In this document: one piece after another, positions 42,608 through 53,359 of the stretch
Numbering within the stretch: position 1 is the stretch's first letter
How the letters are laid out: each line of letters begins with the position of its first letter
Assembly (NCBI GenBank): GCA_963921275.4
Contig: OZ001293.3
Coordinates: forward strand, 4,128,001 to 4,192,000
Direction of reading: 5' to 3'
Source of the DNA: an uncultured Hormoscilla sp.
GTDB lineage: Bacteria > Cyanobacteriota > Cyanobacteriia > Cyanobacteriales > Desertifilaceae
DNA length: 64,000 nt
Program-made: the position numbers and the translations under genes
Notes under the pieces: generated by a model
Told to the model about the DNA's origin: nothing
Database searches by the model: none
Seen by the model: the letters and a program-made list of their open reading frames with translations, nothing else

Positions 42608-43291
42608 TTAAGGAGGGGGGTTGGGGGGATCCAATTTTCTTGACAAATAGCCTAGTAGGGTGTCTGCCAGTTTATCAGCAATCCCCTCTATCCATATTTC
42701 ATCCTGACGGGTGTACGATCGCGGGGCATTTGCTGCCAAGATCAGCACCCCCTCTTTGTCGATGGGTTGACAAATTACGCCTTGTGTGTTATGAGGCAAA
42801 TAATCAAATTCAATTTTGCCAGGATAAAGCTTCAGATTCACCAGGTAGATGGGTTTTTGCTTGTCTAGAACCCGTTGGACGATCGGGCCAGGCTGGACTG
42901 GGGCCGATGAGCCCAAGATGCCGCGACGCAATAGCACCTTTCCTTGATAATAGACCAGGAGCGATCGGGTTGCCGTATTGGTCAGCAACAAATTGGAGGC
43001 CCAGGCAAGTTCAGTTAGCACCTGGTCTGGCAACTCTGGTGCCAACTCAAAACCCTCTTCACCCACCAGCTGCACGGCATCAGGGGTTACTGGCTGTACC
43101 TGCTGCCAGAGCAGACCTGTTAAGATCAGCACGGCACCGATCATCACCCCCAAGGCATCAGAACGGGTCTGGGAAGCCGTCAGCTGGGGGGTCGCCAAGC
43201 GGTTAATCATCAGCAGCGTACCCCCTAGGGCACCTACCCCGATGGGCATCAGCCGCAATAGGTAATTTGGATCTGGTTTTTTATTTGTCAT
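42608..43291 (-). CDS. Cofactor assembly of complex C subunit B (CCB2/CCB4 family)
   Basis: ELAWAS, YPGKIEFDYLP, QGVICQP. Confidence 0.8.
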   Translation of the reverse strand: MTNKKPDPNYLLRLMPIGVGALGGTLLMINRLATPQLTASQTRSDALGVMIGAVLILTGLLWQQVQPVTPDAVQLVGEEGFELAPELPDQVLTELAWASNLLLTNTATRSLLVYYQGKVLLRRGILGSSAPVQPGPIVQRVLDKQKPIYLVNLKLYPGKIEFDYLPHNTQGVICQPIDKEGVLILAANAPRSYTRQDEIWIEGIADKLADTLLGYLSRKLDPPNPPP

Positions 43292-43500
43292 TCCCGTTCC
43301 GACAGGCCATACCGATCACTTCGGGTGCATCGAAATGTTGGCTTTCGATATGCTCTGTGCGCACTACTCGCACTGCACATCGCACATCGCTGCCATATTC
43401 ACTCTTTTGCCCAGAGCCCAGAAACCAGGTTTTGCTGGAAAAACCTGGTTTCTTAATTCATGATGCTTCCCTCACTTCTCTTTTATCGCAAAATTATCTA

Positions 43501-43653
43501 TAATCACAACCCACCAGGGTTCTCTAGAGGCTCTGCCTCTATCTTGTGGTTCCCAGGCTGAGCCTGGGAACCAGGTTAATAATCACAACCCACCAGGGTT
43601 CTCTAGAGGCTCTGCCTCTATCTTTTGGAGTCTCAGGCTGGGAACCAGGTTAA
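43501..43653. repeat. About 79-bp tandem duplication
   Basis: AATCACAACCCACCAGGGTTCTCTAGAGG at 43502 and 43581. Confidence 0.8.
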
Positions 43654-43680
43654 ATCGTTGGAAGGGAGCGAAGGGAAAGT

Positions 43681-44973
43681 ATGTTAGAGTTGCTGAGTTC
43701 CGGGGTGATTCATCTGTGGCTAGATTTGGCAGGAGTTAAGACTGCTCCTGAGAATTTGCTAGCCTGGCAGCAGACAACGCAGTTCGTATTACCCAGCAAG
43801 TCAGAAAAAATCGAAAAGATATTGCAGCCATACCTCCAGGACTGGGGGAGACATGGCTTGGGTAAAGCACAGCAGGGTGTGTGGATACAGTCTGGCTATC
43901 AGCTGCTAGCCAGTAACCGGGGGGATATTGCCCTGCCAGCAGCTTCTTTGACCAAGATAGCGACGACTCTGGCCGCCTTGAAAACCTGGCACCCACATCA
44001 CCAGTTTGAAACCACGCTCTGCGGCACTGGACCAGTTAAAGATGGGGTGTTGCAGAGAGATTTGGTGGTAAGTGGCAACGGCGATCCCTTCTTTATCTGG
44101 TCCGAGGCGATCGCCCTTGGGGTAGCGCTGAATAAAAAGGGCATCACCCGGGTGACTGGCAACCTCCTCATAGCTGACAAATTCTCTATGAATTACAAAT
44201 CAGATCCTGCGGTAGCTGGTGAAATGCTGTTCAAAGCAATCAACCCCAAGCTCTGGTCCTGGGAAATTAAAAATAGCTATTGGGAATTACCACCAGATAT
44301 ACCTCAACCGCAAGTAAAAATTGAGGGTAAAGTGCTTGTGCCCAGCAATATTGTACCCCATCAAGACTGTTTGCTGCGGCGCTTCTCCAGGCCGCTGATG
44401 GAAATTCTCAAGCAGATGAATGTCTACAGTAAGAACGAGCTGTCAGAGGCGATCGCCTCTAGGTTGGGCGGCCCCGCTGAGGTGAGAAAACTGGCGGCCC
44501 AAGCTGCGGGGGTTCCGGTGGCAGAAATTCAGCTTGTTAATGGTTCAGGACTGGGGGAAGAAAATCGCATTTCTGCCCGGGCGGCGGTGGCCATGTTAAT
44601 GGCAATTCAACAGGAACTGACGAAATATCAGCTCAATATTGCTAACTTGTTTCCCGTCGCTGGTCGCGATCGGAGGGGCACCCTATCAGGTCGGCTGACT
44701 CCAACTCATACTGTAGCGAAGACGGGAACTCTGCGCCATGTCAGTTCTTTAGCTGGCGTCCTGCCAACGCGCGATCGGGGTTTAGTCTGGTTTGCGATCG
44801 TCAATCGAGGCTGGGATCTGCATACCTTCCGGGCACAACAAGATCAATTGTTGCAAGAATTAGTCAAGGAATGGGGGGTGGCACCTTCATTACCAAAGGC
44901 GATCGATCGGCATGCAGTTTTTACGGGCGATCGGGTAAAGATCGGGGCCCTAGGACGCAATGAAATATTCTGA
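43681..44973 (+). CDS. dacB: D-Ala-D-Ala carboxypeptidase/endopeptidase (peptidase S13, PBP4)
   Basis: ASLTK (SxxK), SKN, NGSGL, KTGTL. Confidence 0.88.
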   Translation: MLELLSSGVIHLWLDLAGVKTAPENLLAWQQTTQFVLPSKSEKIEKILQPYLQDWGRHGLGKAQQGVWIQSGYQLLASNRGDIALPAASLTKIATTLAALKTWHPHHQFETTLCGTGPVKDGVLQRDLVVSGNGDPFFIWSEAIALGVALNKKGITRVTGNLLIADKFSMNYKSDPAVAGEMLFKAINPKLWSWEIKNSYWELPPDIPQPQVKIEGKVLVPSNIVPHQDCLLRRFSRPLMEILKQMNVYSKNELSEAIASRLGGPAEVRKLAAQAAGVPVAEIQLVNGSGLGEENRISARAAVAMLMAIQQELTKYQLNIANLFPVAGRDRRGTLSGRLTPTHTVAKTGTLRHVSSLAGVLPTRDRGLVWFAIVNRGWDLHTFRAQQDQLLQELVKEWGVAPSLPKAIDRHAVFTGDRVKIGALGRNEIF

Positions 44974-44987
44974 AATTATCTACTATT

Positions 44988-45198
44988 CTACATTCCGCAC
45001 GGACAAATATTACGTAATGATGACAAACAGCTTGTGATGAAAACGAACAGAAAAGTCCATATACGTATAAATAAATATACGTCCTGTTTCCTAAATTATC
45101 AGAGCTAGTACGGATTACCAAAAGTAGTGCAATAGTAATCTAACCGATAAATTACGTATTACATAGCATTTTACAACTTGTCGTGCGTAAAGTGGGTG
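44988..45198. mobile_element. Degenerate MITE; partial second copy at about 34848-34968
   Basis: Ends CATTCCGCACGGACAA / CTTGTCGTGCGTAAAGTGGG; internal sequence shared with 34848-34968. Confidence 0.6.
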
Positions 45199-45210
45199 TT
45201 ATACTAGAAC

Positions 45211-45576
45211 GTGAAATCTACTTCTTATGGTATGACCAATCAACAGGAAGTTTCAAAACTACAGATTGACCGCAAACCAGCGGTGATCGCCCTCGCATCA
45301 TTATTGGTGGCGTTAATCGCTATGTCCTTCGCGGGAATTTTTATCAGATTGAGCGAATTTGTCGTCTTAGGGTTGTGGTCCCTGTTAAATACCGCCAGTC
45401 AAAAACGTCAGGAAAAATTATCACTATTATCACTTGACAATCATGAAACGAGAGAATATAATGGTAGCAAAGTGAAACACCAGAAGGTTTACAGGAGGAT
45501 AGACTTAGCGTTGTTGGTAGCAGCAGGGACTCTCTTTTGGGTTTATCTAACTGGCTCGCATTTGCAGTTGTTTTAA
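45211..45576 (+). pseudogene. DMT/EamA transporter fragment
   Basis: AMSFAGIFIRLSE N-terminal EamA motif; truncated. Confidence 0.55.
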
Positions 45577-45670
45577 GTGGCTTATATTTAGCGATATTTA
45601 GCAAATCAGCGGTCAAAGAATAATCACAAAAAATACCCAGAGTATACAAAAGCTAATTAGGAGCAAAAAG

Positions 45671-46933
45671 ATGAAAATATTCGATTAATTGGAATCAAAT
45701 GTACGCAGTTACTGCCGGACATTTCCCACCGTGTTCGAGAAAGCACAAGGGGCAATTATGGAAGATGAAAGCGGTCGCAAGTATATTGATTTCTTTAGCG
45801 GGGCAGGAACCTTGAATTACGGACATAATAATCCGCATTTCAAGGAACGCCTGTTAAATTATCTAGAGTCGGACAGTATTGTTCACAGTCTGGACATGGC
45901 AACTGTGGCCAAACGGGAGTTTATCGAAGCATTTGAAGGCATTATTCTCAAACCCAGGCAATTGAACTACAAGTTTCAATTCAGCGGACCGACAGGAACA
46001 AATGCCGTAGAAGCTGCTCTGAAAATTGCCCGCAACGCCACCGGACGGAAAAATATCATCTCCTTTGCGGGTGGTTTTCACGGCGTCACCTTTGGTTCCT
46101 TGGCGACGACATCCAATGCCTACTATCGAGAAGCTTGCGGAATTCCTACCACAAGTGCGACGTTTATGCCCTACGACGGATACATGGGAGCGTCTCTTGA
46201 CACCACAGAATACCTAGATCGCGTCCTCTCGGACAGAAGCAGTGGAGTAGATCGTCCCGCAGCAGCGATCGTGGAAACGGTTCAGGGAGAAGGGGGAGTA
46301 AATGTGGCAAGTTTTTCCTGGTTGCGATCGCTCTTAAAGGTCTGCCGCAAGCACGATGTCCTGTTGATTGTTGACGACATCCAGGTGGGATGCGGACGGA
46401 CCGGAACCTTTTTCAGTTTTGAAGAAGCTGGCATTTCTCCTGACATCGTTACCCTCTCGAAATCCTTGAGTGGTTTCGGTCTTCCTTTCTCACTGGTACT
46501 GATGAAACCAGAATTGGATAAGTGGAAACCGGGTCAACACAGTGGTACGTTCCGGGGACATAACCTAGCCTTTATCACTGCCAAAGCGGCTTTAGAAAAA
46601 TATTGGCAGGACTCGTATTTGTCTGACTCTGTAAAAGAAAAAGGAACAAAAATTCTTACCCGTTTAGAGCAAATCGTCAAAAATAACGGGGAAGCCCCTT
46701 TTGCAGTCAGGGGACGGGGTATGATTCAGGGATTGGACTGCTCAACGGGAGATTTGGCGAGTAAAATCATCGCCAAAGCCTTTGACAAAGGGCTAGTCAT
46801 TGAAAGTTGCGGTTCGCGGGGGCACGTCCTTAAATATCTTTCGCCTTTAACGATCTCCGAAGGCGAACTGGAACCGGGACTGCAGATTTTAGAAGAGAGT
46901 GTAAAGGAAGTGATGCAGTCACAGCAAAGTTAG
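45671..46933 (+). pseudogene. ectB: Diaminobutyrate-2-oxoglutarate aminotransferase (EctB-like) with TAA at codon 6
   Basis: ATG AAA ATA TTC GAT TAA TTG GAA TCA AAT (MKIFD*LESNVRSY); GAGTLNYGHN, GPTGTNAVE, LSKSLSG. Confidence 0.8.
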
Positions 46934-47091
46934 CAATTAGCATCGTTACGCACGGCTCTGCCTAAGAACGCAATTAGCAATTTGCAAGGCTACCAACATA
47001 ACGCGGGACAAATTAGCCCCTCGGAGCGGCTTCTATCGCTGTGGGCTGGAAGCCTTGCACCATGAGCTGTCCCGGCTTAAGTTGGTAGCCC

Positions 47092-48250
47092 CTAAGGAAT
47101 AATTTCCGTGACCACTCTCCCACCACTCTTACCGCTTTTAACCACAATATTTTGCTCTGGGAGTCTCCCGAAAGCTTTAGCACCCTTTAAGTTCAATGGT
47201 GGATCGACCTGACGATAATTAACATTCCCTTCCGCTGCCATTTCTTCCGAGGCAATGTACCAGGTAATTTTATCTGCCTCCAGTTGAGATTGATTGCTTT
47301 CCCCAATGCCCCGCACGTTACCAGTCAAAGACGCAATTTGCTTTTGTAAGTCTACCTGTCCCTTGTTACCTGTGAGGGTAACTTGCTGCTGAGGATAATC
47401 TATCTTAACTAATTGGTCTGATGCGATCGTTTCTGTTGCTAAATTCCAGGTCATTGACTCACTTGTCACATGCACGGGTGGTTCTGATAGGGTCAGTTTA
47501 GCATCTTGCTTCAGGGTGAGAGTATTGGCTTTCAGATCCACTAAGGAGGCATTGGCAACTGCTTTACCTGTCACTTTCTCCCCCTCATAGCGATCGATCT
47601 GGATGGGCCGATCGCCTATCACCTGCTCGTCCTGCATCTGCCAGATCAATTTCTCAGTTTTCATCTGTAACTTGGGAGACTTCGTCGTCGCGGACACCTG
47701 GCCGAGTAACTCCATGCGGCGATCGCGGCTCAAAACTCTGGCCTCAGCAGCGGATGCTGACACTTGCGGATGAGTACCAGTCAAATTATTGCGGACAATT
47801 AAAATATCTTCCTGAGGACTCCACTCCAACTCCTCGCCCCGCAATATAGCTCCATCTGCAACCGCCGTAGCCATAATTTCTCCTTTCAGGAATATTTTTT
47901 TCCCATCCTGATGAATTTCTCCTTTCTGCGACATCACCTGAAACGCTAACTTCCCATCCTGATAAAGTTCACTATTGGAATGATGAACAATGGCAATTTT
48001 CTCATCTCGGCTGTAAGTAGCCTCTTTGGCCTCCACTTTCCACAAAAGACGCCCCCGAACATCCACTTGCTCAAGAGTAACATCATTAAAAATCAAGCTG
48101 TTTTCCAGTTCTTGTGAGTCAGAACCATCCTCAGTCAACTTGTTCCCTGTCTGCTTTTCACCTGCACAACCACCTACCAGCAGCGCCATCAAAACCAAAG
48201 ACAGCGCTACAGTCCGCGTCCCGTTGGAGAAAAGATGCCGTATATAGCCC
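47092..48250 (-). CDS. lptC: LPS export ABC transporter periplasmic protein LptC (start uncertain)
   Basis: Lipobox-like LLVGGC, repeated beta-jellyroll segments, conserved metG-NYN-lptC order. Confidence 0.8.
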
Positions 48251-48506
48251 GCGCAGGCGGGCTTTGTGTTTGTAGCCCTACCCCCTCGTTCCCACGGCTC
48301 TGCCTGGGAACGGGTGGGGATGGGGGTGGGGATGACAATCTTCGGAATTTGCCAATTAGAAAAGTTCAGCATTATTGGTAATTTGCTAATGGCGTTCCCA
48401 GGCAGAGCCTGGGTTTACAAAGTTCGGGCACTGGCGATGGGAATTGCCAATTGAAAATAGCACAGAACAATTCTCAAATTCTCAATTAACAATTCTAAAT
48501 TCGCAA

Positions 48507-49124
48507 TTAACAATGTCCGTCCTCTACCTCCTTAATTAAGCCGATGCCAGATAGGGGACGGCAGGAATAGTCATTTGGGCGATAATTCGTCTTTTGGATA
48601 TCATATTTTACATGTTCCAAGTCAATGTAGCGGTCTGCTACATTAATCAAGCTGTCACTGGTCATCGATCGCAGACTCACCACCTCCACCCGCACGCCGC
48701 GATAACTGACCGCATCTACAGCATAAGCCAGATCCCCATCTCCACTGACTAAGACTGCTGTGTCGTAAGCACCCACCAGGGCCATCATGTCTACAGCAAT
48801 TTCCACATCCAGATTAGCTTTTTTCGAGCCATCCGGTAATTGTACCAGATCCTTCGCGATCACGCGATAGCCGTTCCGACGCATCCACAACAGGAAACCC
48901 TGCTGTTTCTCATTTGTGCGATCGACACCGGTGTAAAAGAAAGAGCGCAGCAATCGGGAGCCAGCGGTCAAGCGACAAAGTAGCTTGGTATAATCAATTT
49001 CTATTCCCAATTGCAGAGCTGCATAAAACAGATTAGAGCCATCGATGAATATGGTAACTCTACCTCTATTTGACAAAACCTGTTCTGCTGAGAAAAGGTC
49101 ATGATTTTCCGGATGTTCCAACAT
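48507..49124 (-). CDS. NYN domain protein (LabA/DUF88)
   Basis: IFIDGSN, LDVEIAVD, VSGDGD. Confidence 0.9.
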   Translation of the reverse strand: MLEHPENHDLFSAEQVLSNRGRVTIFIDGSNLFYAALQLGIEIDYTKLLCRLTAGSRLLRSFFYTGVDRTNEKQQGFLLWMRRNGYRVIAKDLVQLPDGSKKANLDVEIAVDMMALVGAYDTAVLVSGDGDLAYAVDAVSYRGVRVEVVSLRSMTSDSLINVADRYIDLEHVKYDIQKTNYRPNDYSCRPLSGIGLIKEVEDGHC

Positions 49125-49177
49125 TGTTAAATTTCTCATTTGTTAAATTTATTTGACTTTGACGCTTTGCCTGTCAG

Positions 49178-49448
49178 TCGGTGTTTCTTGGGAGCGCGAC
49201 GCGCATTACCCAGGAGACACCTTCGATGTGCTCTACGCGCGCTACCCGCACTGCTTAATGTGCTCTGCTGCTGTGTCTCCTGGGAGCGCTACTCGCACAA
49301 AAGGAGACACAGCGCGCGGTTGAGCACTGCGCGGCTGTGTCCTTGACACGCATGAGAAGATAGTATCTCATGCGTGTCAAGGGACACAGGGAGCACATTA
49401 ATCGCACATCGCCGAGACATCGTACTCGCACTACCCCTCGCACATCGA
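49178..49448. repeat. Array of nested palindromic repeat modules
   Basis: CCAGGAGACAC, CGATGTG, CTACCCGCACT and GCACATCG modules, plus an inner TTGACACGCATGAGA hairpin. Confidence 0.8.
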
Positions 49449-51122
49449 AGCAGCATTCACAAGTTCCAAACGCTCAAACGCTGGCTGAGCTTTGCCTAAC
49501 TTCTGGTTGGCCGGTAATGCTCCCCAGCTGGCATGAGTATCAAAGGTCGATGTCTCCGGAGTAGTGCGAGTATGATGTCCCCCGGGTTTCGCCGTGCGTC
49601 CGGGGGACATCAAGCTCTCCGGAGACATCGAAGCCGACAAGATTGAACTTTGCCGATCGAAGTCGATGCTAAAACCCAGTTGCTGGTAGATAGCACTGCT
49701 GACACGGGGAATGACTGGCGAGAGCAGATAGGCGGCCAATCGCACCGATTCTAAAACTGCGTAGAGCACCTGTTCGGTAGCTGACTGTTTTCCCTCTTTG
49801 TACAGCTGCCAAGGGGCCTGCTCGTCAATGTACTTATTGCCAGCTTGTACCAAAGCCATAATTTCTGCGCAGGCTTTACTAAATGCTAGCACTTCGTAGG
49901 CAGCACAAACCCGATCGCCCAATCCTGCACCTATCTGTTGCAACAGGTTGTCTTCAGGAATTTCCGCAAGCTCCGGCACAGTGGAGCCGCAGTATTTCTT
50001 GGCCATGCCCAAGGTGCGATTCAGCAAATTGCCCAAATCATTTGCCAAATCCGCATTCAGGATATTGACAAACCTGGTTTCCTTAAAATCCCCATCCTTG
50101 CCAAATTCAATTTCCTTCATAAAGTAGTAACGAACGGCATCAGCTCCATAAGCATTGACGAGAGCGATCGGATCTACAGTATTCCCCAAGCTTTTGCCCA
50201 TTTTCATGCCATCTTTGGTTAAAAAGCCATGTCCAAATACGCGCTCTGGTACTGGCAGACCCGCTGACATCAGCATTGCTGGCCAGTAAACTGCATGAAA
50301 GCGTAAGATATCCTTGCCAATCAAATGCAAGTTAATGGGCCACCATTTGGCTAAGGCATTTGCCAAAGTCGGCGGCTCCTCTGGCTCCAGGAGTGCCGTT
50401 ACATATCCTAACAAAGCGTCAAACCAGACATAGATAGTATGATCTGAATCTACTGGCACCGGGAATCCCCAGTCGAGATTCACCCGCGAGATGGAAAAAT
50501 CTTGCAGTCCCTGCCTGACAAAGCCGAGCACTTCGTTCCGGCGGCTCTCTGGCTGGATAAAATCCGGTCGTTCTTCGTAAAGGGCTTCTAGCTGCTGTTG
50601 GTACTTGGAGAGTCGGAAAAAGTAGTTCTGTTCGTTTCGCCACTCAGTTTGTACGTTCTGGTGGATCGGACAGCGGTTATCTGAAGCGCGATCGCGTTCT
50701 TCTTTGAATTCTTCGCAGGATACGCAGTACCAGCCCTGTTGACGTCCTAAGTAAATGTCTCCTTTTTCCCACACCAAATTAAAGAATTCTTTAACAATTG
50801 CCTCGTGGCCAGGGGCTGTGGTGCGGCTGAAGCGATCGTACTGGATGTTCAGCAACTGCCAAATGGCCTCAAAGCCAGTGACAATTTGGTCGCAATGCTC
50901 TTGGGGCGATCGGCCCTTAGACTGAGCTGTGCGCTGAATTTTCTGTCCATGTTCATCCGTCCCTGTAATCATCAGCACCTCGCCGCCCCGCAACCGCTGG
51001 TAGCGAGCCCACACATCTGCCGCCATCGTCGTATAGGCACTACCGATATGAGGCAAATCATTGACATAATAAAGAGGCGTCGTAACAGCAAATCTCCGTT
51101 TTTCTCGATCGGTATAATTCAT
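49431..51122 (-). CDS. metG: Methionyl-tRNA synthetase with an in-frame 27-aa repeat insertion
   Basis: HIGS, GTDEHG, KMGKS motifs. Confidence 0.97.
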   Translation of the reverse strand: MNYTDREKRRFAVTTPLYYVNDLPHIGSAYTTMAADVWARYQRLRGGEVLMITGTDEHGQKIQRTAQSKGRSPQEHCDQIVTGFEAIWQLLNIQYDRFSRTTAPGHEAIVKEFFNLVWEKGDIYLGRQQGWYCVSCEEFKEERDRASDNRCPIHQNVQTEWRNEQNYFFRLSKYQQQLEALYEERPDFIQPESRRNEVLGFVRQGLQDFSISRVNLDWGFPVPVDSDHTIYVWFDALLGYVTALLEPEEPPTLANALAKWWPINLHLIGKDILRFHAVYWPAMLMSAGLPVPERVFGHGFLTKDGMKMGKSLGNTVDPIALVNAYGADAVRYYFMKEIEFGKDGDFKETRFVNILNADLANDLGNLLNRTLGMAKKYCGSTVPELAEIPEDNLLQQIGAGLGDRVCAAYEVLAFSKACAEIMALVQAGNKYIDEQAPWQLYKEGKQSATEQVLYAVLESVRLAAYLLSPVIPRVSSAIYQQLGFSIDFDRQSSILSASMSPESLMSPGRTAKPGGHHTRTTPETSTFDTHASWGALPANQKLGKAQPAFERLELVNAASMCEG

Positions 51123-51522
51123 CTATTTTTCAACAGTCCCTTGTCAAATCTCAGACTTAAACTGATATTTCGGTATTCTACTGGTTATTCTCTAGAACTG
51201 AGCGAGATTTCCCAATAAATACTTAATTATTTTAGCTTTCCGTTCGCCCAGGGACGACCGGGAGCTGGTAGCGTAGCGTGCAGCCATGGGAGCAGGCAGC
51301 AGTATTATTCTGACTGCCGTCTCCCCAAGCAGCCACACCTGTTCTCATCCCTATGGTCTAGGTCAGCGCTGGTTGCCCTCCACTCTCGCCGGTGGTTCAG
51401 GAGGGGGAGGATAACTGCATTACGCCCCCAATCCCAGCCAGATAATGTAAAGTAATGTCAATGATGATATGGTGATCGATTCAAAATTCAAAATTCAAAA
51501 TTCTTGCATTGACAAATGCCAA

Positions 51523-52380
51523 ATGCCAAACCTGAAAAATTGTCTTCGTTTTCTCACCCCTTGCCAACCCAGACCCGAATATCCCCTGTTTGTCTTCCTG
51601 CCAGGAATGGATGGCACCGGGAGGTTGTTACACAGACAAATACCTAGCTTACAGAAAACCTTTGATATTCGCTGTCTGGCCATCCCACCTGATGACCTAA
51701 CTGACTGGGATGCTATGGCCAAACAGGTAATTGCCCTAATTGAAGCCGAGTTGAAACCACGATGTGCGATGCGCGCGCTACCCGCACTGCGCATCGCACA
51801 TCGAAGACGTGCAGTTTATCTATGTGGCGAATCCTTTGGCGGTTGCTTAGCTCAAAAAGTGATAATGCACGCCAAAGGACTAATAGAGCGACTGATTCTC
51901 ATCAATCCCGCCTCATCCTTTAAATTATATCCCTGGATGAGTTTAGGAGAGCCAATTACTCGCGCATTGCCCTCAGCCCTCTACAGAGTCTCTAAACTGG
52001 GGATACTGCCCTTTTTAGCTGACTGGGGACGGGTTGCCGACTGGGAAGTCCGCGCCCTGTGGTCAGCTATCCACTCTATACCGCAAGCAACCTTCATTTG
52101 GCGTTTGTCTTTGCTCGGAGAGTTTCATATCAGTGAAACCCAGCTGAGTTGCATCACTCAACCCACGCTGCTTCTTGCTAGTGGTGCAGACAGACTCCTT
52201 CCTTCTGTCACAGAAGCTCAACGCCTCAACAGCTGCCTCCCTAAGGCCCAGATGGTAGTGCTGTCTGATAGCTGTCACGCCTGTCTATTGGAAAGGTCGG
52301 TTGACCTCTATCAAATTCTCCAAACACATAACTTCTTGTCTTCTGGAAATGCCGTTTCCCTAGTTAGAGGAGCGTCATAA
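51523..52380 (+). CDS. Alpha/beta hydrolase with an in-frame 14-aa repeat insertion
   Basis: PGMDGTG, GESFGG nucleophile elbow, HACLLE. Confidence 0.88.
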   Translation: MPNLKNCLRFLTPCQPRPEYPLFVFLPGMDGTGRLLHRQIPSLQKTFDIRCLAIPPDDLTDWDAMAKQVIALIEAELKPRCAMRALPALRIAHRRRAVYLCGESFGGCLAQKVIMHAKGLIERLILINPASSFKLYPWMSLGEPITRALPSALYRVSKLGILPFLADWGRVADWEVRALWSAIHSIPQATFIWRLSLLGEFHISETQLSCITQPTLLLASGADRLLPSVTEAQRLNSCLPKAQMVVLSDSCHACLLERSVDLYQILQTHNFLSSGNAVSLVRGAS

Positions 52381-52561
52381 ATCTAAGCATTCAGCGGGTG
52401 CATCTCCAGAAGACAGGGGCGAAGCATTCTGTCAGACCACATAAAGATGTTTTTCCTAGATTGACTGCCAGAATGCTAGGAACATATACATTGACAATGC
52501 AGGAGATGCACCCAGGAACAACCTCCGGACAGGCAATCCGCCCGCCCGGAGCAACTAACAA

Positions 52562-53278
52562 CTAACCAATGGCTTGACGTCGCTTTTGGACCTGTTGAGC
52601 AGGTAACTCAGCCAAAGCCTGTTTTCCCTGCGAGGACTCCAATAGCTTCAGCAACTTCTGCAACTTCACCTGTAATATTTCTGCTTCTGTAGAGCCTAGG
52701 AGTTCGAGCAATTCATCCGCTTCTGGGTGACGACAGACGCCAGTATCACAGTTCAAACCTAGCTGACGCCAGTACATAGTTGGCACGGACTTTCCCCGCT
52801 GACCAATGTGTTCCTAATTGAGCAGGCGAGTTTCTAAGTAAGCTTTAGGAGATTCGTAGCAGTTTTGGGAGCGAGTATAGGGGACAGTAAAGCAACCAAA
52901 CACCTTGCGGTATTCTTCGGAGTCTAAAAAAGCAGTGATTAGTTTGTCAACGCCTTCTTTCGTCAGAATATCGCAGTAAATTTGTAATTCTGACTGGTCG
53001 CGCGGGGCCCGACCTAAAAAATGCTTGAAGCACAGTTCGATAAACTTCACGTTAGAATAACAGTGATAAAATGCCTTGTGATAAACTTCCGAGTGACCCA
53101 GTTCCTTGATGAAGCGTCGCACCCAGATTTTATCTTTGAGAAAGTCTTTCTCAGCTTTAGCTAAGATCTCCCGCTCAAAATCATAAGGCTGCACTTGACG
53201 GTAAATTTGGTGCAGCGCCAGTTGGCGTTCTTCTAAGGATGAGCGGCGGTTAGCTGTGAAGGGTTTGAATTGATTCAT
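52562..53278 (-). pseudogene. Phycobilisome linker-domain protein with in-frame TAG at 52814-52816
   Basis: ALHQIYRQV, FKHFLGRAP, DSEEYRKVFG; frame continues *EHIGQRG...YWRQLGLNC. Confidence 0.8.
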
Positions 53279-53359
53279 GTTTTCTCCCTTTGTCGAGTCA
53301 TTTTTGGTATTTCAGCTTTTTATTCTGAGGTTAGTTAATCCCATGCTTGACAAGATATG

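Noticed and set aside
48250..48372. N-terminal extension of LptC in the ORF track
   Set aside because: Made of dispersed palindromic repeats (also near 4550 and 43550); the true start is probably downstream
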